From assembly GCA_934454655.1 (NCBI GenBank), contig CAKSFK010000001.1, positions 22,358 to 86,357 of the forward strand: DNA of 64,000 bases, written 5' to 3'. The DNA comes from an uncultured Eubacteriales bacterium (GTDB taxonomy: Bacteria; Bacillota; Clostridia; Oscillospirales; Acutalibacteraceae). The notes below the pieces were generated by a model, which saw only the letters and a program-made list of their open reading frames with translations, was not told the DNA's origin and searched no databases. Of this stretch, positions 52,327-63,066 are shown piece by piece. A program made the translations under genes and the position numbers. Positions within the stretch are counted from its first letter, which is position 1. Every line of letters starts with the position of its first letter.

Positions 52327-53487
52327 TTACTCGTTAAAAAAGTCCTTTATTTTATCGGTAAAGCTTTTGCGCTTTTTGTAATTTTTCTCGCCGCAAAGGT
52401 TTTCGAACTCTTTAAGCTTATCTTTTTGCGCCTTTGTAAGGTCCTTAGGCACTTCCACAACCACCTTTACGTACTGGTCGCCCTTGCCCGCGTAATTAAG
52501 GCGCTGTATGCCCTTTCCTCTCAGCTTGAACTCATCGCCCGGCTGAGTGCCTTCGTGTATGTTAAGCTTAACCTTTCCGTCAAGCGTGGGTACAATGACC
52601 TCCGCGCCCAAAGCCGCCTGTGTAAAGGTTATGGGTATCTCGCAGTAAACGTCGTAACCGTCGCGCTCAAATATCGGGTGCGGGCGGACGTTTACGTTAA
52701 TACGAAGATCTCCCGAAGGTCCGCCGTTTGCGCCCGCGTCGCCGCCGCCGCGAACGTTTATCACCTGTCCGTCGTCAATGCCCGCGGGAATGTCCACCGT
52801 CTGTTCAACCGTATGCCTTATTCTGCCCTTTCCCGCGCAGACGCGGCAGGGCTTATCGATTATTTTGCCCGAACCGTGGCAGTTATCGCAGACCTTTTGC
52901 GTCTGCATTACGCCGAACGGCGTGCGCTGGGTTGCCGATACCTGACCGCTGCCGTGGCAAACGGGGCAGGTTTTGGCGGTTGTTCCCTTTTCGGCGCCCG
53001 AACCGCCGCATTCCTTGCAGTTTTCGATTTTTGTAACCTTTACGGTCTTGCGGCAGCCCTTTGCCGCCTCTTCAAACGAAAGGTTGACCGCCGCCGCGGT
53101 ATCGTTTCCGCGCCTCGGGGCATTCGGATTGGCACGCCTGCTGCCGCCGCCGAAACCGCCGCCGAAAAACGAATTGAATATATCGCCGAGGTCGCCGAAA
53201 TCGCCGGTAAATCCGCCGCCGTAAGCACCGCCGCCCGCGCCCGCGCCGAAATTGGGGTCTACCCCCGCGTGACCGAACTGGTCGTAACGCGCGCGCTTTT
53301 CCTTGTCGGAAAGCACCTCGTAGGCTTCGTTTACCTCTTTAAATTTCTGCTCGGCTTCCTTGTTTCCGGGGTTTAAGTCGGGGTGATACTTTTTAGCCAT
53401 TTTGCGGTAGGCTTTTTTAAGTTCGTCGTCCGATACCGATTTATCAACGCCGAGAACCTCGTAATAATCTCTTTTTTCTTCAGCCAA
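52327..53487 (-). CDS. dnaJ: Molecular chaperone DnaJ
   Basis: It has a J domain (YYEVLGV..., HPD), a G/F-rich region and four CxxCxGxG zinc-finger repeats. Confidence 0.95.
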   Translation of the reverse strand: MAEEKRDYYEVLGVDKSVSDDELKKAYRKMAKKYHPDLNPGNKEAEQKFKEVNEAYEVLSDKEKRARYDQFGHAGVDPNFGAGAGGGAYGGGFTGDFGDLGDIFNSFFGGGFGGGSRRANPNAPRRGNDTAAAVNLSFEEAAKGCRKTVKVTKIENCKECGGSGAEKGTTAKTCPVCHGSGQVSATQRTPFGVMQTQKVCDNCHGSGKIIDKPCRVCAGKGRIRHTVEQTVDIPAGIDDGQVINVRGGGDAGANGGPSGDLRINVNVRPHPIFERDGYDVYCEIPITFTQAALGAEVIVPTLDGKVKLNIHEGTQPGDEFKLRGKGIQRLNYAGKGDQYVKVVVEVPKDLTKAQKDKLKEFENLCGEKNYKKRKSFTDKIKDFFNE

Positions 53488-53564
53488 AGTAATTTCTCCT
53501 ACAACTTTAATATGTCAAATCAATCCGGTTTTTACGCCGGATTGATTTTTAAGAAATAACCGAA

Positions 53565-55427
<1,863 letters not shown>

Positions 55428-55442
55428 TTAATAAACTTAATT

Positions 55443-56018
55443 TTAATTTGCCACTTTAACCATTGCCGGTCTTATAACCGTATCTCCGGTTTTGTAGCCC
55501 TTTTGCAGAACCTCGGCAATTACGTTTTCGCCAAGCTCCCCGTCCTCGATATGCATTACCGCCTCGTGGAGCGTCGGGTCAAATGCGTCGCCCGGTTTTG
55601 CTATCTCGTCAATCTGAAGCTTTTCGGACAAAGCCTCAAACTGCTTGATTATCATTTCAATGCCCTTTAAATAATCGGGGCTTTCTTTATCCGCCGCCGC
55701 CGCGCGCTCTATATTGTCTATTATCGGCAAAAGCTGCTTTATAATTCCCGCTCTTGCATATTCGGCAATACCTGTTTTTTCGCGCTCGGTGCGTTTTTTG
55801 TAGTTATCAAATTCAGCCGCGGTGCGTAAAAGCAAATCGTTTTTCTTTTCAAGCTCTGCTTTAAGCTTTTCGGTTTCGCTTTCCTTTTTCGGCTTTTTAT
55901 CTTTCCTGTGTTCCTTTTCGTTCTTTTCCGCTTCGGGCTTTAGTTCTTCCGCCTTTTCTTCCGCCGCGGTGTCCGCGTCGGTTTCGGCGGCTTTTTCTTT
56001 TTTGGTTTCTTCAGCCAC
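55443..56018 (-). CDS. grpE: Nucleotide exchange factor GrpE
   Basis: It has an acidic/Lys-rich N-terminus, RT.AEF.N..KR..RE, and a C-terminal beta domain ending RPA.V.V. Confidence 0.9.
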   Translation of the reverse strand: MAEETKKEKAAETDADTAAEEKAEELKPEAEKNEKEHRKDKKPKKESETEKLKAELEKKNDLLLRTAAEFDNYKKRTEREKTGIAEYARAGIIKQLLPIIDNIERAAAADKESPDYLKGIEMIIKQFEALSEKLQIDEIAKPGDAFDPTLHEAVMHIEDGELGENVIAEVLQKGYKTGDTVIRPAMVKVAN

Positions 56019-56021
56019 TGC

Positions 56022-57056
56022 CTATTCCTCCATATCGTTTTGTGCTTCGGTCAAGAGCTCGGTAAGCTTTTGCGCCGTGTATTCAACGCCCGGAATTATC
56101 TGGTCGTACGACATTCTGTAAGGACCTATAACTCCTACCGTACCCTTGTACCTGTGCGCTCCGCTGTACCCGGCGGCAATCATCACGCCGTTTTCAAGCT
56201 CCTTAAAGCCCGTATCCTTTCCGAATACAACGTCCGCCTTTTCGGTAATTCCGCTCGTAAGCGAAAGTATCGGCTCACGAAGATTTACAAGCGACATTAT
56301 TCTGCGTGCCTGCTCTCTGCTTTTGCACAGTCCGTAAAGCGCCGCTTCGCCCGCAAGCTCCACGCCTGCGTTTTCTATGCCGGACGCCATTTCAAACAGC
56401 GCCGATATAAGCGGCATAAGCGCAAATGCGTCCGTTCCGGCTTCAGCCGTAACGCTTTGCATATAACCGAGGTTCAGTTCGCTCACGCTCTTTCCGTTAA
56501 TGCGGCGTTTCGCAATATCGCAAAACCTTTGCTCAAGCTCCTTTGTAACATCGGTCACGGTGCGTACCGCGCGGCTGCGCGTTCTGCCGTCCGCCGTTAT
56601 AAGCAGCAGCATAACGGTTCTTTTGCCTATCGGCACAAGCTCCGCTCTGCGTACCGCCGTGCCGCCGTCCGTTTCAAAACAGATAATCGACGGCAGCCCC
56701 GTAAGTCCGTAAAGCAGCTTTCCGGCTGCGCGCGGCAGTCTTTCGGGTACGGCATTGACGTCTTTAAAGCCCGCGTCAATAAACGCTTTGCTCCGCTCGG
56801 ACAGCCTTTGCGGAGTCATAAGCGAATCCACGTAAAGCTTGAAGCCGCTGCCTGTCGGAACTCTTCCGGCGGAGGTGTGCGGCTGGGCAAGCAGCCCAAG
56901 ACTGCAAAGCTCGCTCATTTCGTTGCGTATTGTTGCCGATGACGGAGCGTTGTTAAGCATAAGGTTAAGCGCCTTAGAGCCGACCGGCTCGCCGGTCAGA
57001 ATATAGGTCTTTGTTACCGCTGCCAAAACCGCCCTTTTTCTCGGTGACAGTTCCAC
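56022..57056 (-). CDS. hrcA: Heat-inducible transcription repressor HrcA
   Basis: The N-terminal winged helix is LSPRKRAVLAAVTKTYILTGEPVGSKAL, followed by ATIRNEM..L...GLL.QPHTSAGR.P. It is the first gene of hrcA-grpE-dnaK-dnaJ. Confidence 0.9.
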   Translation of the reverse strand: MELSPRKRAVLAAVTKTYILTGEPVGSKALNLMLNNAPSSATIRNEMSELCSLGLLAQPHTSAGRVPTGSGFKLYVDSLMTPQRLSERSKAFIDAGFKDVNAVPERLPRAAGKLLYGLTGLPSIICFETDGGTAVRRAELVPIGKRTVMLLLITADGRTRSRAVRTVTDVTKELEQRFCDIAKRRINGKSVSELNLGYMQSVTAEAGTDAFALMPLISALFEMASGIENAGVELAGEAALYGLCKSREQARRIMSLVNLREPILSLTSGITEKADVVFGKDTGFKELENGVMIAAGYSGAHRYKGTVGVIGPYRMSYDQIIPGVEYTAQKLTELLTEAQNDMEE

Positions 57057-57084
57057 CGTTTTTCACCTCAACAATATTTTTGCG

Positions 57085-57111
57085 TTAGCACTCTTTGTCT
57101 TCGAGTGCTAA
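57085..57111. promoter_or_regulatory. CIRCE operator (HrcA binding site)
   Basis: TTAGCACTC-tttgtcttc-GAGTGCTAA is a perfect match to the CIRCE consensus TTAGCACTC-N9-GAGTGCTAA. Confidence 0.95.
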
Positions 57112-57119
57112 CAATTATT

Positions 57120-57147
57120 ATTATAGCAACTTCTTTTTATTTGTCAA
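57120..57147 (-). promoter_or_regulatory. Sigma-A promoter of the hrcA operon
   Basis: On the minus strand: TTGACA (57147-57142), 16 nt, TATAAT (57125-57120). It lies directly upstream of CIRCE. Confidence 0.65.
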
Positions 57148-57242
57148 GAGTTTTTTGAAAAATTTTTTGACTTTTCCTGACCTTTTTGTTTTTTAACATA
57201 TAATAAGCCCCGCGGCATATATATTTATCGGGGGGTGTATTT

Positions 57243-57491
57243 ATGGATCAGAGAATTGCCGACCTGCGTAACAAGCAGGTGGTTTCGGTAAAAAACGGCT
57301 GTGTGCTGGGCTATGTTTACGATGTGGAGTTTAATTTGTCCGACGGCAGGCTCACGGCGCTGGTGCTGCCGGGAAAGCCGCGCATATTCGGAATTTTCGG
57401 CAGGGAGGACGACATTGTTATCCCCTGGCGCGACATTGAGGTTATAGGAAAAGAAACGGTGCTTGTGAACACCGAGCCCGCGGGGGTGTAA
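57243..57491 (+). CDS. ymxH: YlmC/YmxH-family sporulation protein (PRC-barrel)
   Basis: The 82-aa protein has L..K.V.....G..LG.V.D.E......G...AL.LPG and I.W..I..IG. Confidence 0.8.
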   Translation: MDQRIADLRNKQVVSVKNGCVLGYVYDVEFNLSDGRLTALVLPGKPRIFGIFGREDDIVIPWRDIEVIGKETVLVNTEPAGV

Positions 57492-57512
57492 AAAAATTTT
57501 TTTAAAAAATGC

Positions 57513-57826
57513 TTGACAAAACCGCGGCACGGTGATATATTGTTAACAACAGAAAAAAACCTACGATTAAGAAGAGTAACTTTACCGAAAGTGTTTAGAG
57601 AGCGGTTGACGGTGGAAATACCGCGGCGGAAAGTAAAGCGAATGGACTTATGAGGGCGGCACGAAAGCTTTTTAAGTTAGTAGCGGCCGACGGGGACCGC
57701 ACCCGTTACCAGGGCGGCTTACATAATGAGGTGTAAGGAACGAGCGGTCGGCACAGCCGACAACTTGGGTGGTACCGCAGGATTACAAGTCTTGTCCCAT
57801 ATTTTATATGGGATAAGGCTTTTTTG
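57513..57826 (+). promoter_or_regulatory. Promoter plus T-box riboswitch leader with a UGG (Trp) specifier
   Basis: The promoter is TTGACA (57513-57518), 17 nt, an extended -10 TGaTATATT. An AGAGAG box and GGTGGAAA distal loop are present. The specifier context is GAA-TGG-A (TGG at 57643-57645). The T-box sequence is AACTTGGGTGGTACCGCAG (57762-57780). A terminator hairpin plus T-run spans 57791-57826. Confidence 0.8.
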
Positions 57827-57930
57827 TTTTATACGATTTCGGGAGGCAACTTTATGATATTATTAACCAAACGATGGCGACGGTGCGATTTTTCTTAAAA
57901 AAACTTAAAATAAAAAAGGAGAAATTCACA

Positions 57931-58890
57931 ATGAAAAAAATTATATCTTTATTAACTGTTGCCGTTTTGGCGTTAAGTTTTGCAGGCTGCGGAAAAAAGG
58001 AAGCAAAAGTTCCCGTAATAGGAATAAGCCAGTACGGCGAGCACGCCTCGCTTGATAACTGCCGCGAGGGCTTTTTGGAAGGGCTTAAGGAGGCAGGCCT
58101 TACTGAGGGCAAGGATTTTACGGTTGATTACCAGAACGCTTCGTTTGACGACGCGACCGCAACCCAGATAGCACAGAACTTTTCATCCAAAAACGTTGCG
58201 CTTATGTGCGCCATTGCAACCCCGACCGCCACGGCGTGCTTTGCCGCGGCAGAGGACAAGGATATTCCGGTTGTGTTCAACGCGATAACCGACCCCAAAA
58301 AGGCAAACCTTACCGAGGGCAACATTACAGGCGTTTCGGATAAGCTGCCGGTTGACCCGCAGCTTGAGCTTATAAGAAAGCTTCAGCCCGACGCCGAAAC
58401 AATAGGCATTATATACACCACAAGCGAGCCTAACTCGGTTTCTGCCATTGCCGAATATAAGGAAAAAGCGGGAAAATACGGTTTTGAAATTGTAGATATC
58501 GGAGTTGCGGATCAGGCGTCGGTCACACAGGCGGCAGACACACTTATTAATAAGAAGGTAGACTGCATCACAAACCTTACCGATAACAACGTTGTGGGCG
58601 TTCTCCCCTCAATTCTTGAGAAAACGAACACCGCCGAAATTCCGGTATACGGCAGTGAAATAGAGCAGGTTAAAAAGGGCTGCGTGGCGTCTGCCGGCAT
58701 TGATTACATTGAGCTCGGCAAAATGGCGGGCAAACAGGCAGCGGAAATTTTAAAGGGCAAGAAAAAGGCGAGCGATATGCCCTATGAAACCGTAACCGAG
58801 TACAGCACATATATCAATTCCGACGCCGCCGCCGCTATGGGAATAACCGTCCCGACGGACATAGCCGAAAAGGCAACGGAATGTAAATAA
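57931..58890 (+). CDS. ABC transporter substrate-binding lipoprotein (ABC_sub_bind family; TrpX-like)
   Basis: It has the lipobox LSFAGCG and IGISQYGEHASLD... typical of this family. The start is set at MKKIISLL after the AAGGAG SD. Confidence 0.8.
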   Translation: MKKIISLLTVAVLALSFAGCGKKEAKVPVIGISQYGEHASLDNCREGFLEGLKEAGLTEGKDFTVDYQNASFDDATATQIAQNFSSKNVALMCAIATPTATACFAAAEDKDIPVVFNAITDPKKANLTEGNITGVSDKLPVDPQLELIRKLQPDAETIGIIYTTSEPNSVSAIAEYKEKAGKYGFEIVDIGVADQASVTQAADTLINKKVDCITNLTDNNVVGVLPSILEKTNTAEIPVYGSEIEQVKKGCVASAGIDYIELGKMAGKQAAEILKGKKKASDMPYETVTEYSTYINSDAAAAMGITVPTDIAEKATECK

Positions 58891-58909
58891 TTTTTACCGG
58901 AGAGATAAA

Positions 58910-59803
58910 ATGCTTGATTTGATTGTAAGCACGTTGACCCAAGGGTTTATATATTCAATGCTTTCGTTCGGCATATATATAACCTACAAAATACTTGATT
59001 TTCCTGATCTTACGGTAGACGGCAGTTTCCCGCTGGGGGCTGCCGTAACCGCCGTTTTGCTTGTTAAGGGTGCCAACCCCTATTTAACGCTTTTGGCGGC
59101 TGTCGGCGTGGGGGCTCTTGCGGGCTTTGTTACGGGTTTTATTCACGTAAGGCTTAAGGTGCGCGACCTGCTTGCCGGCATTATTACAATGACGGCGCTC
59201 TTCTCTGTCAACCTGCAAATTGCGGGTTCTAACCTTTCGGTTGCAAGAAGCGTTGATACCGTTTTTTCCGCTCCGCCCGCCATGGCGCTTTTCGGCTCGC
59301 TTTCGCTTGTTATGAGAAAGCTTATCATTTCACTGATAATAATGATCATATGCAAGGTTCTGCTTGATTTGTACTTTAAAACAAAAAGCGGTTTTTTACT
59401 GCGCGCCGTGGGCGATAACAGCGCGCTCGTAACAACCCTTGCAAAGGATATGGGCAGGGTTAAAATTATAGGACTTGTAATATCAAACGCGCTTGTTGCG
59501 CTTTCGGGCGCGGTCGTCTGCCACGAACAGCGCTCCTTTTCGGCAATGATGGGAACGGGTCAGATGGTGTTCGGTCTGGCGGCGGTAATTATCGGCACGA
59601 CCCTGTTTAAAAGAATGAACTTTGTTAAAGGTACAACGGCGGTTATTGCCGGCAGCGTTATTTATAAGGCTTGCATACAGGCGGCAATAAGCCTTGGGCT
59701 GCCCGCCATCCTTTTAAAGCTTATAACCGCGGTGCTGTTCCTTGCGATACTGGTTATAGGCAATTATGAGAAAGGCACGGTGAAAAAGAGTGTTAGAGCT
59801 TAA
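58910..59803 (+). CDS. ABC transporter permease (TrpY-like)
   Basis: It is a 297-aa polytopic protein of the branched-chain/BMP-type permease fold. It lies between the binding protein and the ATPase. Confidence 0.8.
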   Translation: MLDLIVSTLTQGFIYSMLSFGIYITYKILDFPDLTVDGSFPLGAAVTAVLLVKGANPYLTLLAAVGVGALAGFVTGFIHVRLKVRDLLAGIITMTALFSVNLQIAGSNLSVARSVDTVFSAPPAMALFGSLSLVMRKLIISLIIMIICKVLLDLYFKTKSGFLLRAVGDNSALVTTLAKDMGRVKIIGLVISNALVALSGAVVCHEQRSFSAMMGTGQMVFGLAAVIIGTTLFKRMNFVKGTTAVIAGSVIYKACIQAAISLGLPAILLKLITAVLFLAILVIGNYEKGTVKKSVRA

Positions 59804-60563
59804 AAACATTTCTAAAATCTATAATCCCGGCCTTGTTACCGAAATGTGCCTTTTTGACGGCTTTAACCTTACCATTAATGACGGGGAATTTGTTTCCGTT
59901 ATCGGCAGTAACGGCAGCGGCAAGACCTCAATGCTTAATATTATCTGCGGGAGTATCCCCGTAAACGGCGGCGAGGTAGTAATAAACGGCAAGTGCATAA
60001 ACCGCCAAAAGGATTTTGAGCGCTATTCGCGCATAGGCAGGGTATACCAGAACCCCGCAATGGGCAATTGCCCGAATATGACGATACTTGAAAATATGTC
60101 CCTTGCGGACAACAAGGGCAAGCCGTTCGGCCTTTCGTTTGCGCTTAACAAAAAGCGTTTTGACGCTTACAGGGATCAGCTTGCGGCTTTGGGGCTGGGG
60201 CTTGAAAACAAACTGCACGTTAAGATGGGTGCGCTGTCGGGCGGACAGCGGCAGGCGGTATCGCTTTTAATGGCGACTTTGACCCCTATCGACTTTCTTA
60301 TTCTCGACGAGCATACCGCCGCGCTCGACCCAAAGACCGCGGAGGTTATAATGGAGCTTACCGACAGGGTTGTTAAGGAAAAAAAGCTGACCGCCGTAAT
60401 GGTTACGCATAACCTGCGCTACGCGGTTGAATACGGTTCAAGACTGATTATGATGGACAAGGGGCAGATAATTCTCGATAAATCCGGATTTGAAAAGAAA
60501 AACGCCTCGGTTGATGAAATTCTGCAGATATTCAACAGAATAAGCATTGAGTGCGGAAATTAA
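59790..60563 (+). CDS. ABC transporter ATP-binding protein (TrpZ-like)
   Basis: It has Walker A GSNGSGKTS, the signature LSGGQRQ and Walker B ILDEHTAALD. Confidence 0.85.
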   Translation: MLELKNISKIYNPGLVTEMCLFDGFNLTINDGEFVSVIGSNGSGKTSMLNIICGSIPVNGGEVVINGKCINRQKDFERYSRIGRVYQNPAMGNCPNMTILENMSLADNKGKPFGLSFALNKKRFDAYRDQLAALGLGLENKLHVKMGALSGGQRQAVSLLMATLTPIDFLILDEHTAALDPKTAEVIMELTDRVVKEKKLTAVMVTHNLRYAVEYGSRLIMMDKGQIILDKSGFEKKNASVDEILQIFNRISIECGN

Positions 60564-60579
60564 AGCCTAAAAGAAACAG

Positions 60580-60626
60580 AGCCTGCTGTTATCGGTTATA
60601 CCGATAGCAACAGGCTTTATTTTTCG
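60580..60626 (+). terminator. Rho-independent terminator of the ABC operon
   Basis: AGCCTGCTGTTATCGG-ttata-CCGATAGCAACAGGCT is followed by TTATTTTT. Confidence 0.7.
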
Positions 60627-60627
60627 A

Positions 60628-60810
60628 TTAGGACTGTTTTAAAGCTCCCCTTGTCAGGGGAGCTGTCACCGCAGGTGACTGAGGGGTAGTCGGGAAAAGC
60701 TTTGTTCCGTGTGACCTTCCGTCCCAGAACGCAATTACACAGTCAGCATAATCAATTATAGACAAATTGCTTACCGTAAGTCCCCTTGAACCAATTACCG
60801 CTATCTTCAT
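60628..60810 (-). pseudogene. Remnant of a DUF2493/SLOG-family (YspA/DprA-like) gene
   Basis: MKIAVIGSRG.. and ..ADCVIAFWDGRSHGT are the two conserved ends of the family, but the middle is missing. The reading frame then runs into the 47 nt repeat (..AVTAPLTRGA..). Confidence 0.5.
60644..60690. repeat. 47 nt double-hairpin repeat, copy 2
   Basis: It is identical to 43043-43089. A degenerate third copy lies at about 61223-61250. Confidence 0.85.
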
Positions 60811-60912
60811 ATTATCACCGTTTTCTTATATTTATTTAAATTATAATTCCGTATCGGAATTATGTCAAGGAATAATCACTTTATAATAATAAAAAATATT
60901 ATGGGTGATGAT

Positions 60913-61152
60913 ATGAAACTCAGAAAAAGTGAATACGGAACCTGCAATATGATAGGTAAAAATGTTGAACGCCTGCGAAAAGAAGCAGGCATAAAACAAA
61001 ACAATTTTATAGCAAAACTTCAAACTATGGGACTTGATATTAATCCGACAAGTTATTCAAAACTTGAAGGACAAATCAGAATTGCCACAGACAAAGAAGT
61101 CTTTTATATTTCCAAGGCATTAAACATTAGTTTGGAAGAACTTTTTAAATAA
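60913..61152 (+). CDS. XRE-family helix-turn-helix protein (AT-rich, probably acquired)
   Basis: The HTH_3 pattern is IGKNVERLRKEAGIKQNNFIAKLQTMGLDINPTSYSKLEG. A GGTGA SD precedes MKLRKS. The segment is visibly more AT-rich than its flanks. Confidence 0.75.
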   Translation: MKLRKSEYGTCNMIGKNVERLRKEAGIKQNNFIAKLQTMGLDINPTSYSKLEGQIRIATDKEVFYISKALNISLEELFK

Positions 61153-61156
61153 ATCA

Positions 61157-61203
61157 AAGCCTGTTGCCATCGGCTGAGCCGATGGCAACAGGCTTTGATT
61201 TTC
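61157..61203 (+). terminator. Rho-independent terminator (diverged duplicate of the 60580 hairpin)
   Basis: AAAGCCTGTTGCCATCGG-ctga-GCCGATGGCAACAGGCTTT is followed by GATTTT. Confidence 0.65.
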
Positions 61204-61264
61204 GATCGGATTATTTTAAGGTTCTCCTTATCAGGTGACTGAAGAATAATCCGAATAGCCTTTT

Positions 61265-62212
61265 TTATTTTTTCAATCGCAAAGCCGCTTTTGCCTTTTC
61301 GGCAATATTTGCGGCGCGCAGACCGAACTCATCAAGCAGTTTTGCCGCGGGGCCGGAATGTCCGAAGGTGTCGTTTACGCCGAGCTTTAAAACCGGTACG
61401 GGGCAAACCTCGCCGAGGTACTCGCTTACCGCAGAGCCGAGACCGCCTATAACCGAGTGTTCCTCGGCAGTAACTATTGCTCCCGTTTCCTTTGCCGCTT
61501 TAAGCACAATTTCCGTGTCAAGCGGTTTTATTGTGTGCATATTAATAACTCCGGCGTTAATGCCCTCGCCTTTAAGCAGTTCGTGTGCCTCAAGTGCCTC
61601 GTTCACCATAAGTCCGGTTGCTATAATTGTAACGTCACCGCCGTCCCTGAGCCGAACGCCCTTGCCGACCTCAAATTTATAGTCGTCCCCGAAAATAACC
61701 GGAACGGCAAGTCTGCCGAAGCGCATATAAACGGGACCGTCAAGCTCCAATGCCGCCCTGACCGCCTTTTTTGCCTCAATTTCGTCCGCCGGGTTTATAA
61801 TCGTCATTCCCGGAATTGTACGCATAAGGGCTATGTCCTCACAGCACTGGTGCGTAGCGCCGTCCTCACCGACCGAGATTCCCGCGTGGGTCGCGCCTAT
61901 TATTACATTAAGGTGAGGATAACCCACCGAATTTCTCACCTGCTCAAAGGCTCTGCCCGCCGCGAACATTGCAAAGGAACTGCAAATAACCTTTTTGCCC
62001 GTTGCCGCAATACCCGCCGCAATGGACACCATATTGCCCTCGGCAATGCCGCAATCGTAAAATCTTTCGGGGAACGCTTTTTTAAACATTCCCGTTTGGG
62101 TAGCCGCCGCAAGGTCGGCGTCAAGCACCAAAAAATCGTCCCGTTCGCTGCCCAATTCAACAAGCGCCTCGCCGAAGCCGACGCGCGTTGCAACCTTTTT
62201 AATTTCTGCCAT
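61265..62212 (-). CDS. Transketolase, C-terminal (pyrimidine-binding) subunit
   Basis: It is a 315-aa member of the split transketolase family (FYDCGIAEGNMV, GATHQ..EDIA). Confidence 0.9.
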   Translation of the reverse strand: MAEIKKVATRVGFGEALVELGSERDDFLVLDADLAAATQTGMFKKAFPERFYDCGIAEGNMVSIAAGIAATGKKVICSSFAMFAAGRAFEQVRNSVGYPHLNVIIGATHAGISVGEDGATHQCCEDIALMRTIPGMTIINPADEIEAKKAVRAALELDGPVYMRFGRLAVPVIFGDDYKFEVGKGVRLRDGGDVTIIATGLMVNEALEAHELLKGEGINAGVINMHTIKPLDTEIVLKAAKETGAIVTAEEHSVIGGLGSAVSEYLGEVCPVPVLKLGVNDTFGHSGPAAKLLDEFGLRAANIAEKAKAALRLKK

Positions 62213-62226
62213 TGTTCTGCCCCTCC

Positions 62227-63066
62227 TTACCGTAATTGCGCCAATGCGGCGTTAAGCTCTGTCATAGCCTGCTCGTACAAGTCGTCATTCGGGGCGGCGC
62301 CGTGCCAGTTAACGGCGTTTTCCATATACGAAACGCCCTTGCCCTTAACGGTTTTCGCAATGATCGCAACGGGCTTGTCCACGGTCTTTGCCTCATTTAA
62401 GGCGTTTTCGATCTCATCAAAATTATTACCGTCAATAACAACCGTGTGCCAGCCGAACGCCTCAAACTTTTTATCAATGGGTGCGGCGGAGTTGACCTCT
62501 TCAATAGTACCGTCTATCTGCAAATTGTTGTAATCGATAAACGCGGTAAGATTTGAAAGACCCTTGTTGCCGGCAAACATTGCCGCTTCCCAAACCTGGC
62601 CTTCCTCAATTTCACCGTCGCCGAGAACGGCGTAGACCCTGTATGCATCGCCGAAGTGCTTTGCCGACAGCGCCATACCGACAGCCGCCGATATGCCCTG
62701 ACCGAGAGAACCCGTGGACATATCAACACCCGGGATGTGTTTCATATCGGGGTGTCCCTGCAAAATACTGCCTATTTGGCGCAGGGTGGTAAGGAGCGAT
62801 TTGTCAAAATAACCGCGTTCGGCAAGAGTTGCATAAAGCGCAGGCGCGGCGTGACCCTTTGAAAGCACAAAGCGATCCCTGTCCGCCTTTTTGGGGTCCT
62901 TGGGGTCAATATTCATCTCCTTAAAATAAAGGTAGGCGAGTATTTCGGCAATGGAGAGCGAGCCGCCCGGATGCCCCGATTTTGCGCTGTGCACCCCCTT
63001 AATAATTCCCATTCTGATTTTGCAGGCGGTAATTTCAAGTTGTTTTTTCTCCGCAGCGTCCATCAA
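62227..63066 (-). CDS. Transketolase, N-terminal (TPP-binding) subunit
   Basis: It has SGHPGGSLS, LSKGHAAPALY and GDGE..EG..WEA. Confidence 0.9.
   Translation of the reverse strand: MMDAAEKKQLEITACKIRMGIIKGVHSAKSGHPGGSLSIAEILAYLYFKEMNIDPKDPKKADRDRFVLSKGHAAPALYATLAERGYFDKSLLTTLRQIGSILQGHPDMKHIPGVDMSTGSLGQGISAAVGMALSAKHFGDAYRVYAVLGDGEIEEGQVWEAAMFAGNKGLSNLTAFIDYNNLQIDGTIEEVNSAAPIDKKFEAFGWHTVVIDGNNFDEIENALNEAKTVDKPVAIIAKTVKGKGVSYMENAVNWHGAAPNDDLYEQAMTELNAALAQLR

Noticed and set aside
52324-53376. Long antisense ORFs opposite well-supported genes: 52324-53376 (dnaJ), 61457-62533 (transketolase), 56040-56942 (hrcA), 39773-40351 (lysR), 2303-2998 (frdB/flxA), 10157-10774 (fumC), 8091-8510 (hdrC), 27049-27606 (gpsA) and 47026-47727 (nagA).
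   Set aside because: Each lies fully within a gene on the other strand that has clear family motifs. Their translations are low-complexity, rich in Arg/Ala/Cys and free of motifs, as expected for antisense frames in GC-rich coding DNA.
53517-53550. Hairpin AATCAATCCGG..CCGGATTGATT between dnaK and dnaJ, considered as an independent regulatory element.
   Set aside because: Partial terminators or stabilising hairpins between dnaK and dnaJ are common in Firmicute dnaK operons, and nothing here is unusual.
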